In this document: positions 23,666-34,097 of the stretch, piece after piece
How the letters are laid out: the number at the start of each line of letters is the position of its first letter
Position numbering within the stretch: position 1 is the stretch's first letter
The notes under the pieces: model-generated
Told to the model about the DNA's origin: nothing
Databases searched by the model: none
The model's input: only the letters and a program-made list of their open reading frames with translations
Made by a program: the position numbers and the translations under genes
Assembly (NCBI GenBank): GCA_047284725.1
Contig: JBJBEO010000001.1
Coordinates: 96,001-160,000, forward strand
Length of the DNA: 64,000 bases
Origin: Synechococcus sp.
GTDB taxonomy: Bacteria; Cyanobacteriota; Cyanobacteriia; PCC-6307; Cyanobiaceae
Direction of reading: 5' to 3'

Positions 23666-24046
23666 ATGCCCTGGCAGCGGGCTCTGTTGATCCCCTGTGC
23701 CGTGCTCACGGCTGCCGCCCTGCAGGCGGGGAGCGCCTCCGCTCAGGCTTCCGAGCTCACGGCGTCTCAGCGGGACGCCCTGTTCAGGGTCCGACGCGAC
23801 TGGGTGCTCAAGACCTATCCCCAGCGTCTGGCGCTGCTCAAGAACGCGCAGCGCTGCCTGGAGGGCGCTGCTGTGCCGGAGGCCTTCCGCCAGTGCAAAC
23901 GTCAGAACCGCATGGCCCGCCGGGCACTGCTTCGGCAGGGCCGCAACGTGATCAATGCCGAACGTCAACGTCTCGGCCTCGCACCCCTGGCCAAACCTCT
24001 GCAGCGGCGTGACGGCCGCCATCGCCATCAAAAAGGCCGCTCCTGA
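23666..24046 (+). CDS. Arg-rich secreted hypothetical protein with LTxxQ-like motif
   Basis: Signal peptide ending ASA, LTASQ motif, CX12C; paralog of the upstream gene. Confidence 0.72.
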   Translation: MPWQRALLIPCAVLTAAALQAGSASAQASELTASQRDALFRVRRDWVLKTYPQRLALLKNAQRCLEGAAVPEAFRQCKRQNRMARRALLRQGRNVINAERQRLGLAPLAKPLQRRDGRHRHQKGRS

Positions 24047-24086
24047 TGGAGCGGCCCATCCGCTGGTATGCATCAGCGGATGTTGA

Positions 24087-25292
24087 TCAGGCTGCGTCGA
24101 GGGCGGCTACGCCGGGCAGCACCTTGCCTTCCAGCAGCTCGAGGCTGGCACCACCGCCGGTGGAGATGTGGGACATCTTGTCGGCCAGGCCAGCCTTCTC
24201 CACCGCAGCCACGGAGTCACCACCGCCGATGATCGTGCAGCAGCCCTTGCCGCTCAGGTCCGCCAGGGTGGTGGCGATGGCATTGGTGCCAGCGGCGAAT
24301 TTGTCGAACTCGAACACGCCCATGGGGCCGTTCCAGATCACGGTCTGACAATCCGCAAGGGCGTTCTGGAAGACCTTCACGGAATCGGGGCCGATGTCCA
24401 GGCCCATCCAGCCGTCGGGGATGGCGGTCACAGGGGCGGTCTGGCTGTTGGCGTCAGGGGCGAAGTTGTCCGCCAGAACCACATCGGTGGGAAGCAGAAG
24501 TTCCACCCCTTTGGCTTTGGCCTTGGCCTCCAGCTCCTTGGCCAGTTCCAGTTTGTCCTCTTCCACCAGGCTCTTGCCGACGGCGAGGCCGCGGGCTTTG
24601 TAGAAGGTGAAAATCATGCCGCCGCCGACAAGGATCTTGTCGCACTTGTCCATCAGCGCTTCCAGCACGCCGATCTTGGAGCTGACCTTGGAACCGCCGA
24701 CGATCGCGGCCAGGGGGCGCTTGGGGGCATCGATGGCACCCTGGAGGTACTGCAGCTCCTTCTCCATCAGGAAACCGCCGACGGAAGGCTTGAGGAACTT
24801 AGTCACGCCCTCGGTGGAAGCATGGGCGCGGTGGGCGGCGCCGAAGGCGTCGTTCACGTACACCTCAGCCAGGCCGGCCAGCTTTTCAGCGAAGCCGGGA
24901 TCGTTCTTCTCCTCTTCGGCGAAGAAACGCACGTTTTCCAGCAGCACCACATCACCGCTGGCCATGGCGCCCACCTTGGCTTCGGCATCGGTGCCGATGC
25001 AGCTGTCGGTCTTCACCACCGACTTGCCCAGCAGCTCGCTCAGGCGTGCAGCCACGGGGGTGAGGCGCATGCTCTCGTTCACCTGACCCTTGGGACGGCC
25101 GAAGTGGGCCGAAAGGATCACCTTGGCGCCTTTGCCGATCAGGTCGTTGATCGTGGGCAGGGCGGCGCGGATGCGGGTGTCGTCGGTGATTGCGCCGGCA
25201 TCGTTGAGGGGCACATTGAAGTCAACCCGCACGAGAACGCGTTTGCCGCTGAGGTCGGCGCCGGTGAGGCTGGCCAGGGAACGCTTCGCCAT
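24087..25292 (-). CDS. pgk: phosphoglycerate kinase
   Basis: [36 protein letters not shown] and [11 protein letters not shown]. Confidence 0.99.
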   Translation of the reverse strand: MAKRSLASLTGADLSGKRVLVRVDFNVPLNDAGAITDDTRIRAALPTINDLIGKGAKVILSAHFGRPKGQVNESMRLTPVAARLSELLGKSVVKTDSCIGTDAEAKVGAMASGDVVLLENVRFFAEEEKNDPGFAEKLAGLAEVYVNDAFGAAHRAHASTEGVTKFLKPSVGGFLMEKELQYLQGAIDAPKRPLAAIVGGSKVSSKIGVLEALMDKCDKILVGGGMIFTFYKARGLAVGKSLVEEDKLELAKELEAKAKAKGVELLLPTDVVLADNFAPDANSQTAPVTAIPDGWMGLDIGPDSVKVFQNALADCQTVIWNGPMGVFEFDKFAAGTNAIATTLADLSGKGCCTIIGGGDSVAAVEKAGLADKMSHISTGGGASLELLEGKVLPGVAALDAA

Positions 25293-25393
25293 GGGGTTGT
25301 GTCGCGCGGTAAGAAAACGAGGGGAGATTAACCCGGGTGGTGCTGATCTGGCGCTAGACCGTCCATATCGGTTCTGCCCCAGTGGAGGAACGC

Positions 25394-25777
25394 ATGTTCA
25401 GCACCGTTCTGTTCCCGATCGACCAAAGCCGGGAGGCGCTGGAAACGGCGGGCAAGGCCCTGGATCTCGCCAAAAGCCATGGCAGCCGCATGGTGCTGTT
25501 GTCGGTGGTGCAGCCGGAGCGGCCGGAGATGCACGACCACGCCACGGTGGCGCCGTTGCTCGACCAGGCCCGTCAGCAGTTTGAGCAGGCGGGTGTGGCC
25601 TGTGAGCTGGTGGAACGGGAGGGCAAGCCGGCCTTTGTGATCTGCGATGTGGCCGACGAGTTGAATGTGGATGTGATCGTGATGGGCACCCGCGGCGTGA
25701 ATCTGGAAGACGACACGGAAAGCACAGCGGTGCGGGTGATCCAGCTGGCGCCTTGCCCCGTTTTGGTGGTGCCGTGA
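25394..25777 (+). CDS. universal stress protein (UspA family)
   Basis: [21 protein letters not shown] and [13 protein letters not shown] ribosome-binding site upstream. Confidence 0.93.
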   Translation: MFSTVLFPIDQSREALETAGKALDLAKSHGSRMVLLSVVQPERPEMHDHATVAPLLDQARQQFEQAGVACELVEREGKPAFVICDVADELNVDVIVMGTRGVNLEDDTESTAVRVIQLAPCPVLVVP

Positions 25778-26664
25778 GTACACCGCCGATTCAGTGGTAT
25801 CCCGGCCATATCGCCAAGGCTGAGCAGCAGCTCAAACGCAACCTTGACAAGGTCGACCTGGTGATCGAGGTGCGTGATGCCCGCATTCCTTTGGCCACAG
25901 GCCATCCACATCTCGACCGTTGGGTGAAGGGCAAGCAGCATGTGCTCGTGATCAACCGCCGTGACATGGTCACCGCGGAGGCCCGGGAGGCCTGGCAGCA
26001 GTGGTTCAAGAGCAAGGGGCAGGCCACGGTGTGGTGTGACGCCAAGGTCGGCACCGGCGTGAAGCAGCTCCAGCAGGCGGCGATCCGTGCCGGCCATCAG
26101 CTCAACGAGCGGCGCCGCAACCGTGGCATGCGTCCCCGTCCGGTGCGGGCGCTCACCCTGGGCTTCCCCAACGTGGGCAAATCGGCGCTGATCAATCGGC
26201 TCGTCAAGCAGAAGGTGGTGGCCAGCGCCCGCCGGGCTGGTGTGACGCGCACCCTTCGCTGGGTGCGTCTGGGCCAGGACCTCGATCTGCTTGATGCCCC
26301 CGGGGTGTTGCCGCCGCGGCTGGATGATCAGAAAGCGGCGCTGTTTCTGGCGCTCTGCGATGACATCGGGCAGGCGGCCTACGACGGTGAGCTGGTGGCT
26401 CAGGCCTTTCTGCGGTTGCTCACGGAGATGGAGCAGCGCCCAGGGGCTGGGGTGTCGCTGGCGCGTCTGGCGGATCGCTACGGCATCCCTGTGGCCGGTG
26501 ACACCGTTGATCCGGCGCTGTGGATGCAGGCCGCTGCGGAGAAGCACACCTCGGCGGACACCTCGCGGATGGCCCAGCGCCTGATGGATGACTTCCGCAA
26601 GTCAGCCCTGGGCAGCATTGCCCTGGAGCTGCCGAAGGAGCGGCCGGTGGAGCAGCGGGTGTGA
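25774..26664 (+). CDS. ylqF: ribosome biogenesis GTPase YlqF/RbgA
   Basis: IQWYPGHIAKA, EVRDARIP, GFPNVGKS and DAPG (circularly permuted GTPase). Confidence 0.95.
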   Translation: MSTPPIQWYPGHIAKAEQQLKRNLDKVDLVIEVRDARIPLATGHPHLDRWVKGKQHVLVINRRDMVTAEAREAWQQWFKSKGQATVWCDAKVGTGVKQLQQAAIRAGHQLNERRRNRGMRPRPVRALTLGFPNVGKSALINRLVKQKVVASARRAGVTRTLRWVRLGQDLDLLDAPGVLPPRLDDQKAALFLALCDDIGQAAYDGELVAQAFLRLLTEMEQRPGAGVSLARLADRYGIPVAGDTVDPALWMQAAAEKHTSADTSRMAQRLMDDFRKSALGSIALELPKERPVEQRV

Positions 26665-27692
26665 GCGGTCAGGGCCATCGGCGCCAACGTCCCCCCTTGC
26701 CGGAGGAAACCTTCACCCAGGCCTTTGGCGAGGGGGAAGGAGAGCTGCTGACGCTCACCTATCCCAAACCGCTGCCGATGCGACTCGATCGCTGGTTGGT
26801 GAGTCAGCGATCCGAGCAGAGCCGGGCGCGCATTCAGAAGTTCATCGACGCCGGCTTCGTGCGGGTGAACGGCAAGACCGGTAAAGCCAAAACGCCCTTG
26901 CGCGAGGGGGATGAAGTGCAGCTGTGGATGCCCCCACCGGAACCGCTGCCCTACCTGAAACCGGAGCCGATGGATCTCGATGTGCTCTTTGAAGACGCGC
27001 ACCTGATCGTGATCAACAAACCGGCGGGTCTCACGGTGCATCCGGCACCGGGCAACAAGGACGGCACGTTGGTGAATGGCCTGCTGCACCATTGCCCCGA
27101 TCTGCCGGGGATCAGCGGCAAACTCCGGCCCGGGATCGTGCATCGGCTCGATAAGGACACCACCGGCTGCATCGTCATTGCCAAGAGCCAGGAGGCGCTG
27201 GTGAAGCTGCAGGTGCAGATCCAGAAACGGATCGCTTCAAGGGAGTACATGGCCGTGGTGCATGGTCTGCCCCAGGGGGATTACGGTTCGATCGTGGGGG
27301 CGATCGGTCGCCACCCAGCCGATCGCAAGAAATATGCCGTTGTCAGCGGGGAGAGCGGTCGTTACGCCTGCACGCACTGGACGCTGGTGGAGCGTCTCGG
27401 CGATTACTCGCTGTTGCGCTTCAAGCTCGACACGGGACGCACCCATCAGATCCGCGTGCATTGCGCCCACATGAACCACCCGGTGCTGGGGGATCCCACC
27501 TACAGCCGTTGCCGCAAATTGCCGATCGACCTGCCAGGCCAGGCCTTGCATGCCTTTCAACTGGGTCTCGATCACCCGATCTCGCGGGAACGCATGGTGT
27601 TTGAAGCACCGCTCCCACCGGTGATGGAGACGTTGCTCACGGTGCTCAGGCGGCGGGCAGGCGTGGACATGCATCCACCAACTTTCGAGTGA
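26661..27692 (+). CDS. RluA-family pseudouridine synthase (RluD-like, with S4 domain)
   Basis: RLDRWL S4 domain, INKPAGL, VHRLDKDTTG and TGRTHQIRVH. Confidence 0.95.
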   Translation: MSGQGHRRQRPPLPEETFTQAFGEGEGELLTLTYPKPLPMRLDRWLVSQRSEQSRARIQKFIDAGFVRVNGKTGKAKTPLREGDEVQLWMPPPEPLPYLKPEPMDLDVLFEDAHLIVINKPAGLTVHPAPGNKDGTLVNGLLHHCPDLPGISGKLRPGIVHRLDKDTTGCIVIAKSQEALVKLQVQIQKRIASREYMAVVHGLPQGDYGSIVGAIGRHPADRKKYAVVSGESGRYACTHWTLVERLGDYSLLRFKLDTGRTHQIRVHCAHMNHPVLGDPTYSRCRKLPIDLPGQALHAFQLGLDHPISRERMVFEAPLPPVMETLLTVLRRRAGVDMHPPTFE

Positions 27693-29271
27693 TGGCGGCC
27701 TGGGGAGAGCCCAGGAGCTGATCGCCCGGTCCGGCTTCCACGATGCGGCCCTGGTCGAGCACGATCACCCGATGGCAGAAGCCACTCGCCACCGCGAGGT
27801 CGTGGGTGATGAACACGATCCCAAGCCCCAGTTGATCCTGCAGCGAACGCAGCAGGGCCAGCACATCCGCCTGGATCTCCGCATCGAGCATGCTCACGCT
27901 TTCGTCGCAGATCAGCACCTTCGGCGCCAGGGCCAAGGCCCTGGCGATCGCCACGCGCTGCTGCTGGCCGCCGGAGAGCTGTCGGGGTCGCCGGTTCTGG
28001 AAGTCCTCCGCAGGCGATAACCCCACCAGCTCCAGCAGCTCGCGGGCCCGTTCCCGGGCGGCGGCCTTGCTGGCCAGCCCATGAATGAGCAGGGGGTCGG
28101 CGATTGCATCCCCCACCTGCAGGGCTGGGTTGAGGCAGGCGAGGGGGTCCTGGAACACCATCTGAATCCTGCGCCGCAGCTGCCGTTCACGGCTGCCGCG
28201 TTGCCGCAACAGGTTGTTGCCTTCCAGCCACACCGCTCCGCCGCGGATCGGGTTGAGTCCCATCAGGGCCCGGCAGAGCGTGCTTTTGCCGCAGCCTGAG
28301 CCCCCCACGACCCCCACGGATTCACTGGCCTGCAGCTGGAAGCTCACCCCATCCACGGCTTTGAGCCAGCGGGGTGCCCAGGGTGGTCCGCCCAGGTTGT
28401 GCCAGCAACGCAATTCCTCCACCTTCAACAGCGTGGAGGCATCCGGTTGCTCCGGTGTACGCCCCCCCTCCCGGGCACGGGCGGCTGACACCAGGCGCTG
28501 TGCGATGGCGGAGCGTGGCTGGGTGAGGACGGCGGTGCTGCTGGCTGATTCCACCACCTTGCCCCCATCGAGCACGGCCATGCGATCACACCAGCGGTGG
28601 GCCATGGCCAGGTCGTGGGTGATCAGCAGCAGGGCACTGCCGAGGTCGTCGCAGTGTTGGCGCAGTTCCGCCATCACCTGTCCGGCCACGGCCACATCCA
28701 GGCTGGTGGTGGGTTCATCCGCGATCAGGAGCGGCGGCTCCAGGGCGATGGCCAGGGCGATGGCCAGGCGCTGACGCATGCCACCGCTGAATTCATGGGG
28801 ATAGGCGTTGAAGCGGTCGGCACCGAGGCCCACCCGCTCCAGCAGCTCACAGGCCCGCTGCCGCCGACTGGCGGCACTCCGGTCGGGGCGATGGGCCTTG
28901 AGGGTGTCGAGCAGATGCGCCCCCACGGTCATCAGCGGATTGAGCCGGGTCATGGGGTCTTGAAACACCAGACCCACCGCTTCGCCACGCAGCTGGCGCA
29001 GGGCCCCGCGGCTGAGGCTGCGGGGATCCTGGCCATTCAGGCGCAGGCCACCGTCACAGGTGCTGCCGGGCGGTAACAGTTGCAGGGCGGTGCGGGCCAC
29101 GGTGCTCTTGCCGCAGCCGGAGGGTCCCACCAGGGCCAGATGCTCCCCAGCGGCAATGCGCAGATTCAGACCATCGAGGGTCCACTGGCGACTTCCCGGG
29201 TAGCGCAGGCGCAGTTGATCCAGCTCCAGCACAGCCGCGGAGGCACGGGATGGATCTGGCCGCTGGCTCAT
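27646..29271 (-). CDS. peptide/nickel-type ABC transporter ATP-binding protein (two fused ATPase domains)
   Basis: Two Walker A motifs (GPSGCGKS and GGSGCGKS), FSGGMRQR/LSGGQQQR signatures and VFQDP. Overlaps the convergent RluA gene by 47 bp. Confidence 0.93.
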   Translation of the reverse strand: MSQRPDPSRASAAVLELDQLRLRYPGSRQWTLDGLNLRIAAGEHLALVGPSGCGKSTVARTALQLLPPGSTCDGGLRLNGQDPRSLSRGALRQLRGEAVGLVFQDPMTRLNPLMTVGAHLLDTLKAHRPDRSAASRRQRACELLERVGLGADRFNAYPHEFSGGMRQRLAIALAIALEPPLLIADEPTTSLDVAVAGQVMAELRQHCDDLGSALLLITHDLAMAHRWCDRMAVLDGGKVVESASSTAVLTQPRSAIAQRLVSAARAREGGRTPEQPDASTLLKVEELRCWHNLGGPPWAPRWLKAVDGVSFQLQASESVGVVGGSGCGKSTLCRALMGLNPIRGGAVWLEGNNLLRQRGSRERQLRRRIQMVFQDPLACLNPALQVGDAIADPLLIHGLASKAAARERARELLELVGLSPAEDFQNRRPRQLSGGQQQRVAIARALALAPKVLICDESVSMLDAEIQADVLALLRSLQDQLGLGIVFITHDLAVASGFCHRVIVLDQGRIVEAGPGDQLLGSPQAAITRKLVDACPRLPAA

Positions 29272-29327
29272 GGAGGGCTGTGATGGGCGCATGACTCCCA
29301 TAACATGGTGAAACCCTGCCGGGTCGG

Positions 29328-31664
29328 ATGCTGAAAGGCGCCTCTGCGACAGAACCGACACAGATCGATGCGGTCTGTGAGGAGCCCACTGCGGGCCTGC
29401 CCACGGTTCGCGCCCATCCGATTCGCAGCATCGAGGATTACGGCATCGACCTGCCCCCCTGGTTGCGGGAGTGTCTTGGGCATGTGCCCCCGGGTGCGGG
29501 ATACAGCTGTCCCACCGATTCAGAAGCGCTGCTGGCCGCCGCGTTCGATTTCGCCTTTCAGCTCCATGAGGGGCAGTTCCGCGCCAGCGGCGATCCCTAC
29601 ATCGTCCATCCGGTGGCGGTGGCCGATTTGCTGCGCGACATCGGCGCCAGTGCTCCGGTGATTGCCGCCGGCTTCCTCCATGACGTGGTGGAAGACACCG
29701 ACCTCACCGCTGATCAGCTGGAAGAACATTTCGGGCCTGAGGTACGGGCTCTGGTGGAAGGGGTCACCAAGCTCGGCGGCCTTCACTTCACGAATCGCAC
29801 CGAAGCCCAGGCGGAGAACCTGCGCAAGATGTTTCTGGCCATGGCCAGCGACATCCGCGTGGTGCTGGTGAAGCTGGCGGACCGCCTGCACAACATGCGC
29901 ACCCTCGGGTCGTTGAAGCGCGAAAAGCAGGAACGGATCGCCCGTGAGACCCGGGAGATCTATGCCCCGCTGGCCAACCGTCTGGGGATCGGTCGGTTCA
30001 AGTGGGAGCTCGAAGACCTGGCCTTCAAGCTGCTGGAACCGGAGGCGTTCCGGGAGATCAGCGAAGAGGTGGCCACCAAGCGCAGCGAACGGGAAGAACG
30101 ACTCGGCGTGACCCTGAAGTTGTTGAGCGATCGGCTGGCGGCGGTCGGGCTGGACAGCTGTGAGGTGAATGGCCGGCCGAAACACCTCTACGGCATCTGG
30201 AGCAAGATGCAGCGCCAGCAGAAGGCCTTCCACGAGATCTACGACGTGGCGGCGGTGCGGATCATCACTCCGAGTCTGGAAACCTGTTACCGGGCTTTGG
30301 CGGTGGTGCACGACACCTTCCGGCCGATCCCCGGACGCTTCAAGGACTACATCGGCTTGCCCAAGCCCAATGGCTACCAGTCGCTGCATACGGCGGTGAT
30401 TGGTCGCCATCGACCGATCGAGGTGCAGATCCGCACCGCAGAGATGCATCAGGTGTCGGAATTCGGCATCGCGGCCCACTGGAAATACAAGGAGGGCGGT
30501 TCCCCCGCCGCCGCCGGTGACACGGAGCGCTTCAACTGGCTCCGGCAGCTGGTGGATTGGCAGCAGGAAGGTGGCAACGACGACCACAACGACTACCTCG
30601 CGTCGATCAAGGAAGACCTCTTTGACGAGGAGGTGTTTGTGTTCACCCCCAAGGGCGAGGTGGTGGGGCTTCGGAAGGGGTCCACGGCGGTGGACTTTGC
30701 CTTTCGGATCCATTCCGAAGTGGGCAACCACTGCCATGGCGTCCGGATCAACGACCGCTTGTCGCCATTGTCGACGCCGCTGCAGAACGGTGACTTCGTC
30801 AACATTCTCACGAGCAAAACGGCTCACCCCAGCCTTGACTGGTTGAACTTCGTGGCCACGCCCACAGCGCGGAACCGCATCCGCCAGTGGTACAAGCGCA
30901 GCCATCGTGAGGAGACGATCGAGCGTGGCAAGGAGCTGCTGGAGCGGGAGCTGGGGCGCAGTGGCTTCGATGCCCTGCTCTCCAGCGATGCGATGACCAG
31001 GGTGTCGGAACGCTGCAATCTGCAGTCCACCGAAGATCTGCTGGCGTCGTTGGGCTTCGGTGCCGTCACTCTGCAGCAGGTGCTCAACCGTCTGCGGGAG
31101 GAGATCCGCCTTCAGACCGATACCCAGACCCAGCCCCTCAGCAATGAGGACGTGGCCCGCAAGTTGGTGGAGCAGCAGGCTGATGCCGCATCAGGCCGCA
31201 GTCGTCACAGCGAAACCCAACCCATTCTCGGGGTGGAAGGCCTCGACTACCGCCTGGGGGGCTGCTGCAGTCCGCTGCCGGGAGAGGCCATCGTCGGTAC
31301 GGTGGCCCTCGGCAACCATGGCATCACCATCCACTGCCGGGAGTGCGCCAACATCGAGACGACGCCGAGTGAACGCCGACTGCCGGTGCGTTGGAATCCA
31401 GCGGCGACACGCGAAGGGCAACGCTTCCCGGTGCATCTGCGCATCGATGTGATCGATCGGGTTGGCATTCTCAAAGACATCCTGATGCGCCTGTCGGACG
31501 GCTCGATCAACGTCAGTGATGCCCGGGTGAAAACCGCCTATGGCAAACCGGCACGGATTGAATTGCTGGTGGAGCTGGGCAGTGCTGATCTGCTGCAGCG
31601 CACCATGAGTCAGATCCGCTGCATGGCGGATGTGCTCGATATTGCCCGCACAGGGCAGGGATAA
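29328..31664 (+). CDS. spoT: bifunctional (p)ppGpp synthetase/hydrolase RelA/SpoT
   Basis: HD domain (LHDVVED), KDYIGLPKPNGYQSLHT, EVQIRT, AAHWKYKE, plus TGS and ACT domains. Confidence 0.96.
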   Translation: MLKGASATEPTQIDAVCEEPTAGLPTVRAHPIRSIEDYGIDLPPWLRECLGHVPPGAGYSCPTDSEALLAAAFDFAFQLHEGQFRASGDPYIVHPVAVADLLRDIGASAPVIAAGFLHDVVEDTDLTADQLEEHFGPEVRALVEGVTKLGGLHFTNRTEAQAENLRKMFLAMASDIRVVLVKLADRLHNMRTLGSLKREKQERIARETREIYAPLANRLGIGRFKWELEDLAFKLLEPEAFREISEEVATKRSEREERLGVTLKLLSDRLAAVGLDSCEVNGRPKHLYGIWSKMQRQQKAFHEIYDVAAVRIITPSLETCYRALAVVHDTFRPIPGRFKDYIGLPKPNGYQSLHTAVIGRHRPIEVQIRTAEMHQVSEFGIAAHWKYKEGGSPAAAGDTERFNWLRQLVDWQQEGGNDDHNDYLASIKEDLFDEEVFVFTPKGEVVGLRKGSTAVDFAFRIHSEVGNHCHGVRINDRLSPLSTPLQNGDFVNILTSKTAHPSLDWLNFVATPTARNRIRQWYKRSHREETIERGKELLERELGRSGFDALLSSDAMTRVSERCNLQSTEDLLASLGFGAVTLQQVLNRLREEIRLQTDTQTQPLSNEDVARKLVEQQADAASGRSRHSETQPILGVEGLDYRLGGCCSPLPGEAIVGTVALGNHGITIHCRECANIETTPSERRLPVRWNPAATREGQRFPVHLRIDVIDRVGILKDILMRLSDGSINVSDARVKTAYGKPARIELLVELGSADLLQRTMSQIRCMADVLDIARTGQG

Positions 31665-31679
31665 GCCGCTGCTGGCGCG

Positions 31680-32144
31680 TCAGCGACAGCGCTCCTTCAG
31701 GGCAGCGAGCACCTGTTTCACGCCATCACGCTGACCCTGCATGAAAAAGGCTTCGCGCTCCACCGCGCGACTGCCGTGGTGGTAGCTGCGCAGAAGGATG
31801 CCGCTGATTTCCCTTTCAATCACCGGGCTCACCTTCACGCGCCAGCCGATGGGCGTCAGGCGGCCTGTTGGACAGCTCTGCACGGCATGGACCGCTTCAT
31901 GCAGAAAGGTCTGTCGGGCGATGCCCAGGGGAAACGTGAGGGGCGAGATCCAGAGCGTTCGGCTTTGGCTCTGGAACAGTCCGTAACTGCGCTGGACGGG
32001 GGGCAGGGCGATGCGAATGGTGAAGCCTTTGGCCTCCAAGGCCTGGGCCAGTGGTTGCAGGTCGGCTGGCAGTCGGTTGGATGGCTGCGCGCTCAGGGCT
32101 GCTGACGACAGCAGCGTGGCCGTTGTGATCAGGGCTGCGTTCAT
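31680..32144 (-). CDS. secreted hypothetical protein with HExxH zinc-metallopeptidase-like motif
   Basis: Signal peptide, FLHEAVHAVQ and a downstream EREA; ATGA overlap with the DUF2062 gene. Confidence 0.7.
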   Translation of the reverse strand: MNAALITTATLLSSAALSAQPSNRLPADLQPLAQALEAKGFTIRIALPPVQRSYGLFQSQSRTLWISPLTFPLGIARQTFLHEAVHAVQSCPTGRLTPIGWRVKVSPVIEREISGILLRSYHHGSRAVEREAFFMQGQRDGVKQVLAALKERCR

Positions 32145-32587
32145 CGAAGACCTCGCCGAAGCCAATGCCAGCTGAGCCATCCTCCAACGGTTGCGCAGAC
32201 GAGCCCCACCACGGTGGAGCCCAGCAGGATCCGGCTGGTGAAGTCCCAGCCCTGATGCCAGAGGGTGGATGGCGTGAGGTTCAGGTCTGCTGAGGCGGTT
32301 CCGCCTCGGAGCAGGACATCACCAACGCGGTAGTTGAACCAGTAGAGGGGCACGTAGGTGAGCGGATTGCTGATCCAGGTGCCAGCGGCGGCCAGCAGGT
32401 GATTGCCACGCACCACGCTGGCCAGGGCGATCCCCAGCACGGTCTGAAGCCCGAAGAACGGGAAACAGCCGCAGAAGATGCCAGCGGCCAGTCCCCGAGC
32501 CCGCTCCCCAGGGGTGCCCTCCTGTTGCCAGACCCAGCGAATCCAGCGGCGACAGCGTTGGTTGAGTCGTCGCAGCCACCGGCGCAT
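32141..32587 (-). CDS. DUF2062 family membrane protein
   Basis: GTPGERARGLAAGIF, PFFGLQT, RGN and WISNPLTYVPLY. Confidence 0.85.
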   Translation of the reverse strand: MRRWLRRLNQRCRRWIRWVWQQEGTPGERARGLAAGIFCGCFPFFGLQTVLGIALASVVRGNHLLAAAGTWISNPLTYVPLYWFNYRVGDVLLRGGTASADLNLTPSTLWHQGWDFTSRILLGSTVVGLVCATVGGWLSWHWLRRGLR

Positions 32588-32696
32588 GGGGAGCAGGCCG
32601 CCCAGGGGGCGATGGAACAACGCTGGGGATCGTAGGAAGGGGGTGTTGACGTCCATGCCCCCCTGGACGGTGGCCGCCGATGCCGCTGCGTTTCTG

Positions 32697-34079
32697 ATGC
32701 CTGCCCTCGACAGCGTCGACCCTCGTGCCTGCGACACGATTGCGGCCGTCGCCACAGCGGTGGCGCCAGGTCAGGGGGGAATTGCGGTGATTCGCCTCTC
32801 GGGCCCCCAGGCTCAGCAGGCGGTGCAGGCGATCGTGCAGTGTCCTGGTTCCCAGGAGTGGGCCAGTCATCGGGTGCTCTACGGCCATGTGCTGGCCGCC
32901 GATGGCATGGAGCGACTGGATGAAGTGCTGGTGCTGGTGATGCAGGCGCCGCGCAGTTTCACCGCTGAGGATGTGGTGGAGATTCACTGTCATGGCGGCG
33001 TGATCGCCGTGCAGAGGGTGCTGGCCAGGGTGCTGGAGCAGCCAGGCGTGCGCCGGGCACTGCCGGGGGAGTTCAGCCAGCGCGCGGTGCTGAACGGCCG
33101 CCTTGATCTCACCAGGGCCGAAGCGATCACCGACCTGGTGGCGGCCCGCAGTCAGCGGGCGGCACAGCTGGCGATGGCAGGCCTCGACGGCGGTATCCAG
33201 CGCCGGATCGGTGCCCTGCGCGAACGGCTGCTGGATCAGCTCAGCGAGCTGGAGGCCCGGGTGGATTTCGAGGAGGATCTGCCACCCCTCGATGGTGCGG
33301 CCCTGCTGGCGGAGCTTCAGGCCGTGCGCGCGGATCTGCTCGACCTGGTCGTTGATGGGGAGCGAGGTGCAGCCTTGCGCAGCGGCCTGCGTGTGGCTCT
33401 GGTGGGACGCCCGAATGTGGGGAAGAGCTCGCTGCTGAACCGGCTCAGTCGCCGGGAGCGGGCGATCGTGACCGATCTGCCCGGCACCACCCGTGATCTG
33501 CTCGAAAGCGAGATCGTGCTGGAGGGTGTTCCCATCACCCTTCTGGATACCGCAGGCATCCGCAGAACCTCCGATGCGGTGGAGCAGCTGGGGATCGCCC
33601 GCAGCCATGACGCCCTGGCCAGCGCCGATCTGGTGCTGCTCCTCTTTGATCTGACGGTGGGCTGGACGCCGGCGGATCAGACGCTGCTGGAGGCCATCCC
33701 GCCGGCGGTGCCCCATCTGAGGGTGGGCAACAAAGCCGATCTGGCGGTGGTGGCCGGAGATGGACCTGAGGCGGATGTGCGTCTCAGCGCCCACACCGGC
33801 GACGGTGAGGCCGCACTGGTGCGGGCGCTGCTCGAGCATTGCGGTGCGTTGAGTGAGCAGCCTCTGCTGCTGGCACTCAATCAACGCCAGGCGGATCTGG
33901 CGGCCACGGCAGCGGCGGCTCTGCAGCGCAGCGACGCGGTGGCCGCGCAGGGACTGCCCTGGGACTTCTGGACGATCGATCTGCGTGAGGCGATTCAGTG
34001 CCTCGGGTCGATCACGGGTGAAGAGCTGACCGAGTCGGTGCTCGACCGCATCTTCTCCCGCTTCTGCATCGGCAAATGA
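32697..34079 (+). CDS. mnmE: tRNA modification GTPase MnmE/TrmE
   Basis: DTIAAVAT, EIHCHGG, GRPNVGKSS, GTTRD, DTAG, NKAD and C-terminal FCIGK. Confidence 0.98.
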   Translation: MPALDSVDPRACDTIAAVATAVAPGQGGIAVIRLSGPQAQQAVQAIVQCPGSQEWASHRVLYGHVLAADGMERLDEVLVLVMQAPRSFTAEDVVEIHCHGGVIAVQRVLARVLEQPGVRRALPGEFSQRAVLNGRLDLTRAEAITDLVAARSQRAAQLAMAGLDGGIQRRIGALRERLLDQLSELEARVDFEEDLPPLDGAALLAELQAVRADLLDLVVDGERGAALRSGLRVALVGRPNVGKSSLLNRLSRRERAIVTDLPGTTRDLLESEIVLEGVPITLLDTAGIRRTSDAVEQLGIARSHDALASADLVLLLFDLTVGWTPADQTLLEAIPPAVPHLRVGNKADLAVVAGDGPEADVRLSAHTGDGEAALVRALLEHCGALSEQPLLLALNQRQADLAATAAAALQRSDAVAAQGLPWDFWTIDLREAIQCLGSITGEELTESVLDRIFSRFCIGK

Positions 34080-34097
34080 GTCCAGCGGGGCAGGGGG

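Noticed and set aside
27646..27692. 47-bp convergent overlap of the RluA and ABC ATPase genes
   Set aside because: Short 3' overlaps are common in compact picocyanobacterial genomes, and nothing suggests a special function.
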